A DNA stretch of 64,000 nt. Source: Candidatus Altiarchaeota archaeon (GTDB lineage Archaea > Altiarchaeota > Altiarchaeia > IMC4 > SCGC-AAA252-I15). Made by a program: the position numbers and the translations under genes. Below, piece after piece: positions 56,464-64,000 of the stretch (within the stretch, counting starts at the first letter, position 1; each line of letters starts with the position of its first letter). The stretch covers positions 3,526 through 67,525 of the forward strand of contig JAQTQS010000001.1 of the NCBI GenBank assembly GCA_028712125.1, read 5' to 3'. The notes beneath the pieces were generated by a model. It was given only the letters and a program-made list of their open reading frames with translations. It was not told the origin of the DNA and ran no database searches.

Positions 56464-57138
56464 TTAACTTTTCAGCATGTCCATAAGCCGCACCGGCTTC
56501 TTCTTCAAGAGAAACTCCAGGTTCTTCACGTAATTCTCCCGCTTGTAGCCGAAGACCGCCATCTTCCTGCGCCTCTTCGCAATCAGCGAAAAGTCCATCC
56601 CGCCGAACTCCCAAGGGTGCGCGAAATAAACCTTGTCCTCAAGCGGGAAATCAAGAGTCCTTTTGAACAAGGAAGGCCGCACGCCCATCATCTTCCCGCC
56701 CGTGAAAATCGGGACTTCAGGAATCTCTACGCCCTTCGGCAAACTCTGGTAGAACAACAAGGAAGAGTCATAAGAGAAATACTTGGATACGACCTTCAGG
56801 ACGCGCTCATTGACGCTTGCATACGGGGCCCGGAAACCCCTCGCGTCCAGCCCGTACTCCTCAAGGCACTCCACGGCTTCGAGTATTTCCCCCTCAAGCT
56901 GCAATGGGCTTAGTTTTGTAAGGTCTATGTGCCTTAGGCTGTGGCAGCCGAGCTCAAAGCCTTTTAGCAAATCGATTATTCCGGGATTCTTGTCTAGATA
57001 GTCCGCGCAAATGAAGAACGTGGCGTCTGAACGATGCTTTCGAAGAATCTTCGTTATCGCCCCAAGGCCCTCGACTCCCTTGCTCGTGTCGTAATGCGGG
57101 GGAAAGTCCGGCTCGACGTCGAAGGAAAGGCCTATCAT
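56464..57138 (-). CDS. Polysaccharide deacetylase family protein
   Basis: SFDVE, ATFF, ELGCHSLRH, GFRAPY, HPWE. Confidence 0.9.
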   Translation of the reverse strand: MIGLSFDVEPDFPPHYDTSKGVEGLGAITKILRKHRSDATFFICADYLDKNPGIIDLLKGFELGCHSLRHIDLTKLSPLQLEGEILEAVECLEEYGLDARGFRAPYASVNERVLKVVSKYFSYDSSLLFYQSLPKGVEIPEVPIFTGGKMMGVRPSLFKRTLDFPLEDKVYFAHPWEFGGMDFSLIAKRRRKMAVFGYKRENYVKNLEFLLKKKPVRLMDMLKS

Positions 57139-57182
57139 GGTAAACTCTGGGGGCGAGCGCTTAAAATCCGAGGAAGGCTTTC

Positions 57183-58148
57183 CTAGGCCGCTGGTATTAT
57201 GCTGTCCACGAACCAGTTCCTGTCGAACTCCTTGAGGTCGCCGTAGCCCTGGCCCGTGCCTATGAGTATTATGGGTTTTTTCGTCTCGTGGGTTATGGAA
57301 AGCGCGCTCCCGCCTTTCGCGTCGGCATCCATCTTAGTTAGTATGACGGCATCGATGCCCGCATTGTCGTTGAACGAGCGCGCCTGCTCGACGGCGTCGT
57401 TACCGGTCAGCGCGTCGCCGACGAAAATCTTCAAATCCGGCTTTGCGACCCTTATAATCTTCTTCATCTCGTCCATCAAATTGACGTTCGTCTGCATCCG
57501 GCCGGCGGTGTCGGCGAGCACGACGTCGATTCCCCTGGCTTTCGCGTGCTCTATGGCGTCGAATATGACTGCGGCCGAGTCGCTGCCTTTCTGCTGCTTG
57601 ACTACGCGTACGCCGACCATTCCGGCGTGCTTTTCAGCCTGCTCTATGGCGCCGGCCCTGAACGTGTCGCCTGCCGCTATTACCGGGCTTATGCCGTTTT
57701 TCAAAAGGTAGGCCGCGACCTTTGCTATCGTCGTCGTCTTCCCGGTGCCGTTGACTCCGAAGAAGACTATCTTGACGGGCTTCTCTTTCCTGCGTATGAA
57801 TTCTATGAGATTGAACTCGCTGCCGGTGGATAGTGTCTCCAGGAGGACTTCCCGCACGGCCTTGCTGACGAATTCATTGACCTTGCCATGCTCGATGTCC
57901 ATGCCGACGAGGCGCTCCTTCAGCCGGCCTGTGAGGTACTCCACCGTCTCAGAAGCGACATCGTTTTGCATGAGCTCGAGCTGCAGATTCCAGAGCACGT
58001 CCTCGAGGTCGGAATCGGAAAGCCTTATCGCGCCCGACAGCATTCCCCTGACCTTGGTCGCGACCGACAATTCGACCTCATGCTTTCTTGCTGAGTCTTC
58101 GACCGTCCCCATGAACGACGCTATCTTCTTCCTAAGAATTTCGAACAT
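57183..58148 (-). CDS. ftsY: SRP receptor FtsY
   Basis: GVNGTGKTT, DTFRAGA, DTAGR, TKMDADAKGG. Confidence 0.97.
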   Translation of the reverse strand: MFEILRKKIASFMGTVEDSARKHEVELSVATKVRGMLSGAIRLSDSDLEDVLWNLQLELMQNDVASETVEYLTGRLKERLVGMDIEHGKVNEFVSKAVREVLLETLSTGSEFNLIEFIRRKEKPVKIVFFGVNGTGKTTTIAKVAAYLLKNGISPVIAAGDTFRAGAIEQAEKHAGMVGVRVVKQQKGSDSAAVIFDAIEHAKARGIDVVLADTAGRMQTNVNLMDEMKKIIRVAKPDLKIFVGDALTGNDAVEQARSFNDNAGIDAVILTKMDADAKGGSALSITHETKKPIILIGTGQGYGDLKEFDRNWFVDSIIPAA

Positions 58149-58150
58149 CT

Positions 58151-58591
58151 TCAATCGTGATCGTGGCCCGTGTGCGCGCCGCCCATAAGGTGCTGCGCCC
58201 GGTGGTTCAGTTCCTCAAGCTGGCCGTTGAGCGAGATGATGCCCTGCTGCGCCTGCGAGAGGGCGCGCTCAAGCTCGGCCGCCCTTTCCTTCAGGACTTT
58301 AATTGCGTCTTCGGCTTTTTTATCGACCGAAACCTTAGCCCCGACGCCGAATATGACGCTGCCGGCGTCCTTCAGCGAGGCCGAAATTAGGCAGTCGCTG
58401 CCTATGGGCACGAGTATTTCATCGCCTTTCTTCGCCGTCTTAAGGTTCTCCAAAGTCTCGATTGTGGCGTTTGTTTCCGCGAGAGCGCCCTCCATCATCC
58501 TCCCCTGCTTTATGAGCGCCTCAAGCTGCTTCTTCCCGGCCTCGAACTGCACAAGGGCCGCCTGCAGGTCGGCCTCCTTTTTTTCGGTCAT
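58151..58591 (-). CDS. pfdA: Prefoldin alpha subunit
   Basis: EILVPIG..VIFGVGA hairpin between coiled coils; upstream of ftsY. Confidence 0.92.
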   Translation of the reverse strand: MTEKKEADLQAALVQFEAGKKQLEALIKQGRMMEGALAETNATIETLENLKTAKKGDEILVPIGSDCLISASLKDAGSVIFGVGAKVSVDKKAEDAIKVLKERAAELERALSQAQQGIISLNGQLEELNHRAQHLMGGAHTGHDHD

Positions 58592-58592
58592 T

Positions 58593-59282
58593 TCACATCT
58601 CGTATACCCTGAATTCCTTTCCCTTGCCCATGATGACCATGTCCGCGTTTCGTATCGCGAATATGCCGTTCTCTATGAGCCCGGGGATGTTGTTGAGCAT
58701 GCCTTCCATGTCGAGCGGGTCAGACAGGTCGAGGCCCGTCACGTCCAGTATGACGTTCCCGTTGTCGGTGGTGAAGCCCTCCCTCAGCATCGGCGTCCCG
58801 CCGAGTTCGCGTATTTCGGATTCGACGAACTTCTGGGCGAACGGCAGCACCTCAATCGGAAGCGGGAACTTGCCTATCTTTTCCACCCATTTGGTCTCGT
58901 CTATGCAGACGATAAAGGTCTTGGACGCCGAAGCGACAAGCTTTTCCCTCGTGAGCGCGCCGCCGCCGCCCTTGATGAGGTTCATCCTCTTGTCGGCCTC
59001 GTCCGCGCCGTCGACTGCCAGGTCTATCTGGGGTATCTCGCCGTACCTTGCCTTGCCCAGCGCCGAGTTGAGGTCTATGACTTTCAGGTTGAGTTTGACG
59101 GCGAGCGTCTCGGTGGCGCGCGACGATGGAACGCACGTGACGTCAAGTTTGGCGTTCGCAAGCTCTTCGATGAAATAGCGCATGGTAGTCCCGCTGCCAA
59201 GCCCCAGCTTCATGCCGGGTTTCACGTATTCCAACGCCTTCAGGACCGCAGTACGCTTCGACTGCTCCGTGTCTGACGCCAT
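58593..59282 (-). CDS. rpiA: Ribose-5-phosphate isomerase A
   Basis: GLGSGTT, DGADE, IKGGGGALTREK, TDNGNVILD. Confidence 0.96.
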   Translation of the reverse strand: MASDTEQSKRTAVLKALEYVKPGMKLGLGSGTTMRYFIEELANAKLDVTCVPSSRATETLAVKLNLKVIDLNSALGKARYGEIPQIDLAVDGADEADKRMNLIKGGGGALTREKLVASASKTFIVCIDETKWVEKIGKFPLPIEVLPFAQKFVESEIRELGGTPMLREGFTTDNGNVILDVTGLDLSDPLDMEGMLNNIPGLIENGIFAIRNADMVIMGKGKEFRVYEM

Positions 59283-59344
59283 TTTTTAGTGTGTTAATGA
59301 TAGCTATTGCGCTTATTTAAATTCGAGCGCAGCAACGCGCTCTT

Positions 59345-61228
59345 TCACGCAACACCAGAGAACTTCGGCCGGCCGGACAGGTTTCTCGGCAGCGGGAGGG
59401 GCCTGAACGGCTTTTTCTGCGTCTGGCCGAGTATGCCGGCCGTCAGCTCTTCGATGGTCGTCTCCTCCTGTTTTTTCGTCTCCCTTGTCCTGACCTGCAG
59501 GCGTTTGGACTCGCGCTCCTTCGCGCCGACGACAACGATTCTTGGAATCCATTCCCGTTCCGCGTCCCTTATCTTGCCGCCCAGCGGTTCTGAGCGGTCG
59601 TCAACGTCTACGCGTATGCGCTCTTTGCTGATTCGGTCCGCGACTTCGTTCGCGAATGCAAGGTATTCTTCGGATACGGGTATTACGCGGACCTGCGTCG
59701 GGCATAGCCACATCGGGAGCGTCGGCACGCCGCCCGCTTCCTTTGCCATGTACGCCTTTTCCAGCAGGGCGTAGATTATGCGCTCGACCGCGCCTGAGGG
59801 GCTGCAGTGCAGTATTATCGGGTTCCTCTTCTGCCCGTCCCTGCCTGTGAACCGAATGTCGTATCTTTCGCCGTTTTCGACGTCTATCTGGTCTGTGGAG
59901 AGCGCCGACGACTTGTCCAGCGCGTCGACGAAGTTGAGCTCGTACTTCAAAACGAAGTAGAATATCCTCGCATCCCACATCTCGACGAGCGCGGGCTTGC
60001 CGAACTCCTTGACGAGGTACAGCACGAAGTCCTTGTTGCTCTCGTAGAACTCCCTTGTGACGCGTATTCCTATTTCAACGTCGTCCTTCGATATTCCAAG
60101 GCCGTCAAGCGTCCTGATGCAGAGGGCGAAACGTTTCCTGTACTCGTCCATCGCCTGCGTCATGTCCTCGCAGAGCGCGTGCACGTCCGGCATGGTGAAA
60201 GCCCGGAGCCTTCGCAGGCCCGTGAGCTCGCCGGACTTCTCCCTGCGGAATGCGTATCTTGCAAGCTCGTAGAGCCTTAGCGGGAGGTTCTTGTAGCTTA
60301 TTGTCGCGTCGTGGGCCATGAGGAACTGGCCGAAGCAGGCTGCGAACCTTAGGAAGAACTTCTTGTCTTCGGATTCTACGAGGTATTGCCTTGCCGGGAA
60401 GCGGTTCAGGTATTTCGCGAGCGTCGGGTGCTCGAGGTCGTACATTATGGGCGTCTCGACTTCTATTCCCCCGTAGTCTAGGATGTTCTCTGTGACGTAC
60501 TGCTCGATGAGCGCTTTTACCATCCTGCCTTTCGGGTAATAGCGGAAGTTCCCGGGGTCGCTGCCGGGCTCGTAGTCCGCAAGCTCGAGCTTTCGCATGA
60601 GCTCGATATGGGGCGGCGGCCTGTCGACTGTCCGGTCCTTCTCCTTCTCATAGAAGCTGAACTTTTTCAGGTTTTCATGGCTTGCATAGTCGAATTCGCT
60701 GATTTCGTGGAGCGTGCCGTCTTCTGTTAGTATGTGCCAGGTGGACTTGAGTTTTTCTTCGCCCTTCAAGGCTTCGGAAACTGCCTTCTCGTCAGCCTTC
60801 GGCTTCTGGCCTTCGGGCAGTATCGTGCGCGACAATTCGCTCAACGGATGGCCTTTGCACTTCAATTCGAAGCTCTTGTACCAGCCGAACGGCGCTTTAA
60901 CTACCTTGTAATCGCCGCGCAATTCGTCATAGAGGTCGTCAATCAGCTTGCTTGCGAGCTTTGGATTTCCTAGGTTCGAGGACAGGTGGGCGTACGGATA
61001 GAGGACGATGCTTTGAGCCTTGACCTTTCCATAGGTGTCTTTTATGCCGTCGATGAGCTGGCGCTTTACGGACTCGACGTCCTGCTCGTCGGGCTTTTCG
61101 AATGCCATGAAGACCACGAGCGCGTCGTCGGACCCGCCGGTCGTCTCCTTCAGTTCTTCGGCATCCTTTAATGCCTTTTTCTTCGCCTCGAAGCGAAGGT
61201 AGTCAGAGTGTATTAAAAGCACGCGCAT
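59345..61228 (-). CDS. thrS: Threonyl-tRNA synthetase, archaeal type
   Basis: MRVLLIHSD, YPYAHLSS, APFGWYKSF..CKGHPLSELSR, LRFAACFGQF. Confidence 0.97.
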   Translation of the reverse strand: MRVLLIHSDYLRFEAKKKALKDAEELKETTGGSDDALVVFMAFEKPDEQDVESVKRQLIDGIKDTYGKVKAQSIVLYPYAHLSSNLGNPKLASKLIDDLYDELRGDYKVVKAPFGWYKSFELKCKGHPLSELSRTILPEGQKPKADEKAVSEALKGEEKLKSTWHILTEDGTLHEISEFDYASHENLKKFSFYEKEKDRTVDRPPPHIELMRKLELADYEPGSDPGNFRYYPKGRMVKALIEQYVTENILDYGGIEVETPIMYDLEHPTLAKYLNRFPARQYLVESEDKKFFLRFAACFGQFLMAHDATISYKNLPLRLYELARYAFRREKSGELTGLRRLRAFTMPDVHALCEDMTQAMDEYRKRFALCIRTLDGLGISKDDVEIGIRVTREFYESNKDFVLYLVKEFGKPALVEMWDARIFYFVLKYELNFVDALDKSSALSTDQIDVENGERYDIRFTGRDGQKRNPIILHCSPSGAVERIIYALLEKAYMAKEAGGVPTLPMWLCPTQVRVIPVSEEYLAFANEVADRISKERIRVDVDDRSEPLGGKIRDAEREWIPRIVVVGAKERESKRLQVRTRETKKQEETTIEELTAGILGQTQKKPFRPLPLPRNLSGRPKFSGVA

Positions 61229-61268
61229 GGTAAATTAATAGAAGCAGCCGTATAAATTAAATCCTTAC

Positions 61269-62033
61269 ATGAAACTTGTGGCATTTTCACGGGAGGACGC
61301 GGCCGGGAGCAACATAGCTTCGATTCTTTTGAAGGAATTCGGATTGGACGACAAACAGGTGATGGCCTTTGACAAGACGATGACGAATGCTACATTTCCC
61401 CAGGACTTCAGGCCTGAAGTCTGCATTGTCGCATCAAGGCACAGGTCAGAGTCAGGCCAGCCGACGTTGACGGCGCACGTTACAGGCAACTTTGATGCTG
61501 CCGAGCTTGGCGGCAGGGAGAAGGAGCTTGCAATCGCGCCTGCGCTCTATTTACGGGAGGCTATTAGAAAACTATTATTGTACGGCGCGGGAAGCGGCTA
61601 CTCCGTCTCGCTGGAAGTCACCCATCACGGGCCTACAAGCCAGCCGTTCCCCTTGCTGTTCGTCGAGGTCGGCAGCGGGCCGGTCCAGTGGAACGACCTG
61701 TCGGCCTGCAGGATTGTCGCGCGGGTGATTAGCGAGCTTTTGTCCGGCGAGCCGGAACGAGTGCCGGTGGCTGTCGGATTCGGCGGCCCGCATTATGCGC
61801 CGAATTTCACGGCGGTTATTGAGAAGGTTGCGGTGGGGCATATCGCGTCCAAGCACGTTATCGAGTCTATTGACGAATCCATGTTAAGGCAGATGGTCGA
61901 GAAGACCGTGCCGAAGCCGGATTTTGCCTTGTTCGACTGGAAGGGCTTGCGGGGAGAGGAGCGCGGAAGGATTGCAGGGATGCTTTCTAAGATGGGCTTG
62001 GAGTGCAAGCGGACGAGCGAGTTCAAGGATTAG
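61269..62033 (+). CDS. dtdA: D-aminoacyl-tRNA deacylase (DTD2/GEK1 type)
   Basis: SRHRS, LTAHVTGN, EVTHHGPT, FVEVGS, GFGGPHYAP. Confidence 0.93.
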   Translation: MKLVAFSREDAAGSNIASILLKEFGLDDKQVMAFDKTMTNATFPQDFRPEVCIVASRHRSESGQPTLTAHVTGNFDAAELGGREKELAIAPALYLREAIRKLLLYGAGSGYSVSLEVTHHGPTSQPFPLLFVEVGSGPVQWNDLSACRIVARVISELLSGEPERVPVAVGFGGPHYAPNFTAVIEKVAVGHIASKHVIESIDESMLRQMVEKTVPKPDFALFDWKGLRGEERGRIAGMLSKMGLECKRTSEFKD

Positions 62034-62074
62034 AGTTCTTTATAGTTTTTTAAGGAGTAGGCCCAAAGTATAAT

Positions 62075-62641
62075 GTGGAAAAAAGGACCACATACATACT
62101 CGCAGGAATAATCATCGGCATCATCCTAGGCGTCGAAGCCATACAATACGCAGACGCCCGGATATGCCCCTCCAAAACATGCGTCGAAACCGCAGAGATA
62201 ACCCCAATCTCAGACCGCGGCTACTTCCCGCAGGCCCACAAAGCCCTCCAAGCGGCCAGAGAGACCATACACATGGCCCAGTTCGAGCTGAAATACTATA
62301 AAAATTATCCCAACAGCAGCGCTACGATACTGGTACAAGACTTAATAGAGGCGAAAAACCGCGGAGTCGAAGTGATAATACTGGTAGACGAATTCTCAAC
62401 CGAAAGCAACGCATTCCAGCTCCTCAAAGACAACGGAATCGAAATAAAAATGGACTCTGAGAACGTAACAACCCACGCCAAACTAATCATAGTGGACGGC
62501 GAAACGGTCATCCTCGGAAGCACAAACCTGTCGTTCTACGGACTTGAAAAGAACAACGAGATTAACGTGGAAATAAAAGACAGAAAGACCGCGGAATACT
62601 ACGAGCAATACTTCTGGGAGCTATGGAACGGAGAATACTAG
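62075..62641 (+). CDS. Secreted phospholipase D/Nuc-like protein (single HKD)
   Basis: N-terminal TM; HAKLIIVDG..GSTN. Confidence 0.9.
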   Translation: MEKRTTYILAGIIIGIILGVEAIQYADARICPSKTCVETAEITPISDRGYFPQAHKALQAARETIHMAQFELKYYKNYPNSSATILVQDLIEAKNRGVEVIILVDEFSTESNAFQLLKDNGIEIKMDSENVTTHAKLIIVDGETVILGSTNLSFYGLEKNNEINVEIKDRKTAEYYEQYFWELWNGEY

Positions 62642-62726
62642 AAAGACCTGACACACGCAAGCGAACCATACTGAGTTTTTATCCTCACACGGCCCAAGAT
62701 TAAACACAGATAAGGAGGCGGATTAA

Positions 62727-63176
62727 ATGACCTTACATAAGCCAAGAGCGAAAGACAGAATCACCGACGCCACAATCCTCGGCGAAGTGAGAGAGCTTGC
62801 AGGCAGCGTTCAAATCTATCTTGGCAGAGATGGAAATGACCAAATCAAGCCCGCGTTGGAAGTATCCGGAGACCATGTCAAACTGTCAATGGAAAAGTCA
62901 GTTCACGCGCACGACCCCAACTTTGACCTGAAAGTAAATGTAAAAAGCCACACCGGCCATCAGTTCTCTACCGCATTACGCACGCACGACCTCGTGCTAA
63001 CAGACTTCAGGACGAAAGAGCTGGTGATGCGAACGCCAATCGACGGCGGGACGGCGATGCTAAAAGACGTACCGCCGGGCAAATACGGAATAGAAGTGGT
63101 GAAAAGAAATGCTAAACCGCCCGGGCCGAACATGGACATCCAGCCTAAAGAGCTGGGAAGACAGGCAATACGTTAA
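62727..63176 (+). CDS. Hypothetical protein, tandem paralog A
   Basis: SD AAGGAGG; TILGEV...KPPGPNMDI. Confidence 0.75.
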   Translation: MTLHKPRAKDRITDATILGEVRELAGSVQIYLGRDGNDQIKPALEVSGDHVKLSMEKSVHAHDPNFDLKVNVKSHTGHQFSTALRTHDLVLTDFRTKELVMRTPIDGGTAMLKDVPPGKYGIEVVKRNAKPPGPNMDIQPKELGRQAIR

Positions 63177-63250
63177 TGCGACAGACAGGCACCCCCGCTT
63201 TTCATCCCAATACCGCTCAAAAATAACAATACAATACAATGTGACAAACC

Positions 63251-63670
63251 ATGACCATAGCGCAAAAACCCCAGCAACCGGAACAAACGATTTTAGGAGA
63301 CGTTAACACGCTAATAGGCCGCGTTAGGGTTAATTTAAATTACGGCGACAAACCGGACATCCTGCCATACCCGGAAACAAAAAATCTTGACGGCAGCGTC
63401 AGAGTCAGCGTAACGGCCTCGCAAAACCCACAAAGCTACTCAAGGAGCATAGGAGTAGGCGTAATAGGAAAAGACGGCCAGCCCATCAAAATGCCAGACC
63501 ACCTTCTCGCGCTGATAGACATGAGGACAGGCAAGGACGAAGCCATCCAAAGCCTTGAAAACGGAAGGGCATCATACACCGGCGTAAAATCGGACAGATA
63601 CAGACTGGAAATAAGGCCGAAAGAAGGGAGGAAACCGCCGGGACCGATGTTGGACGTAGGACTAAAATAA
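63251..63670 (+). CDS. Hypothetical protein, tandem paralog B
   Basis: TILGDV...KPPGPMLDV. Confidence 0.75.
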   Translation: MTIAQKPQQPEQTILGDVNTLIGRVRVNLNYGDKPDILPYPETKNLDGSVRVSVTASQNPQSYSRSIGVGVIGKDGQPIKMPDHLLALIDMRTGKDEAIQSLENGRASYTGVKSDRYRLEIRPKEGRKPPGPMLDVGLK

Positions 63671-63684
63671 AATAAAACGCGCTA

Positions 63685-64000
63685 TCACTGAGCCATCGGC
63701 CTTCTAAGCCAGTCTCCAAGGAGGTCTGCGCGGTACTCCACCGCCTTGAGGAACTCCCGGTAGCCCCAGGTGAGGCTCCTCTCGCCGTAAGGCTCGCCAG
63801 TCTCCCTGTTGTATTGCTCCGGAATCCTCCTGTCTTCCAAGTCCTCCGTCATATGCACGATGCCGGATGGATGGGGGTTGAACCTCCTCGTAATCTCCGA
63901 AAACCTTCTATCGCCCCACCCCCAGACGCCGGAGATAATTGTGTCGAACAACTTGGGGTCTTTGGCCCGCTCTATAACAACATGCTTTTTCAGCGAACCG
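63685..64000 (-). CDS. Glycoside hydrolase family 15 (glucoamylase-like), C-terminal part
   Basis: PEQYNRETGEP..LTWGY..FL matches the GH15 catalytic-base region; frame open to the window end. Confidence 0.7.
   Translation of the reverse strand, partial: GSLKKHVVIERAKDPKLFDTIISGVWGWGDRRFSEITRRFNPHPSGIVHMTEDLEDRRIPEQYNRETGEPYGERSLTWGYREFLKAVEYRADLLGDWLRRPMAQ

Noticed and set aside
58170-59276. 368-aa + strand ORF
   Set aside because: Antisense to the well-supported pfdA and rpiA
59345-62033. Divergent thrS/dtdA pair as a novel editing system
   Set aside because: Both are standard archaeal genes; adjacency alone is not evidence

Overview
Archaeal chromosomal window, mostly GC-rich. Archaeal marker genes include S24e, S27ae, Trm56, aIF2-alpha, Nop10, Csl4, RpoL, prefoldin alpha, archaeal-type ThrRS, DtdA and a tRNA with a bulge-helix-bulge (BHB) intron. 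Pilin-like and Cys-repeat proteins suggest Altiarchaeota/DPANN (inference). Housekeeping blocks are interleaved with accessory loci. The main ones are: (i) a translationally coupled pair encoding a 1886-aa Cys-rich surface protein and a ~1100-aa VirB6/CedA-like membrane protein with a C-terminal HhH-like motif; (ii) tRNA-Leu(UAG), whose 82-nt intron begins with a 64-nt palindromic unit repeated almost exactly at the tRNA 3' end; (iii) an AT-rich ~6 kb island bounded by related motifs, carrying a membrane-anchored Mrr-type nuclease and three paralogous winged-helix genes, with a fourth paralog at 41.4 kb; (iv) orphan genes, including a PLP aminotransferase fused to a CX5R phosphatase-like domain; (v) a six-gene hyf/Ehr-like operon lacking both the NiFe-binding cysteines and all four canonical small-subunit [4Fe-4S] cysteines. 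No CRISPR array, rRNA, integrase or transposase was seen. All calls come from motif recognition by eye; no database searches were run.
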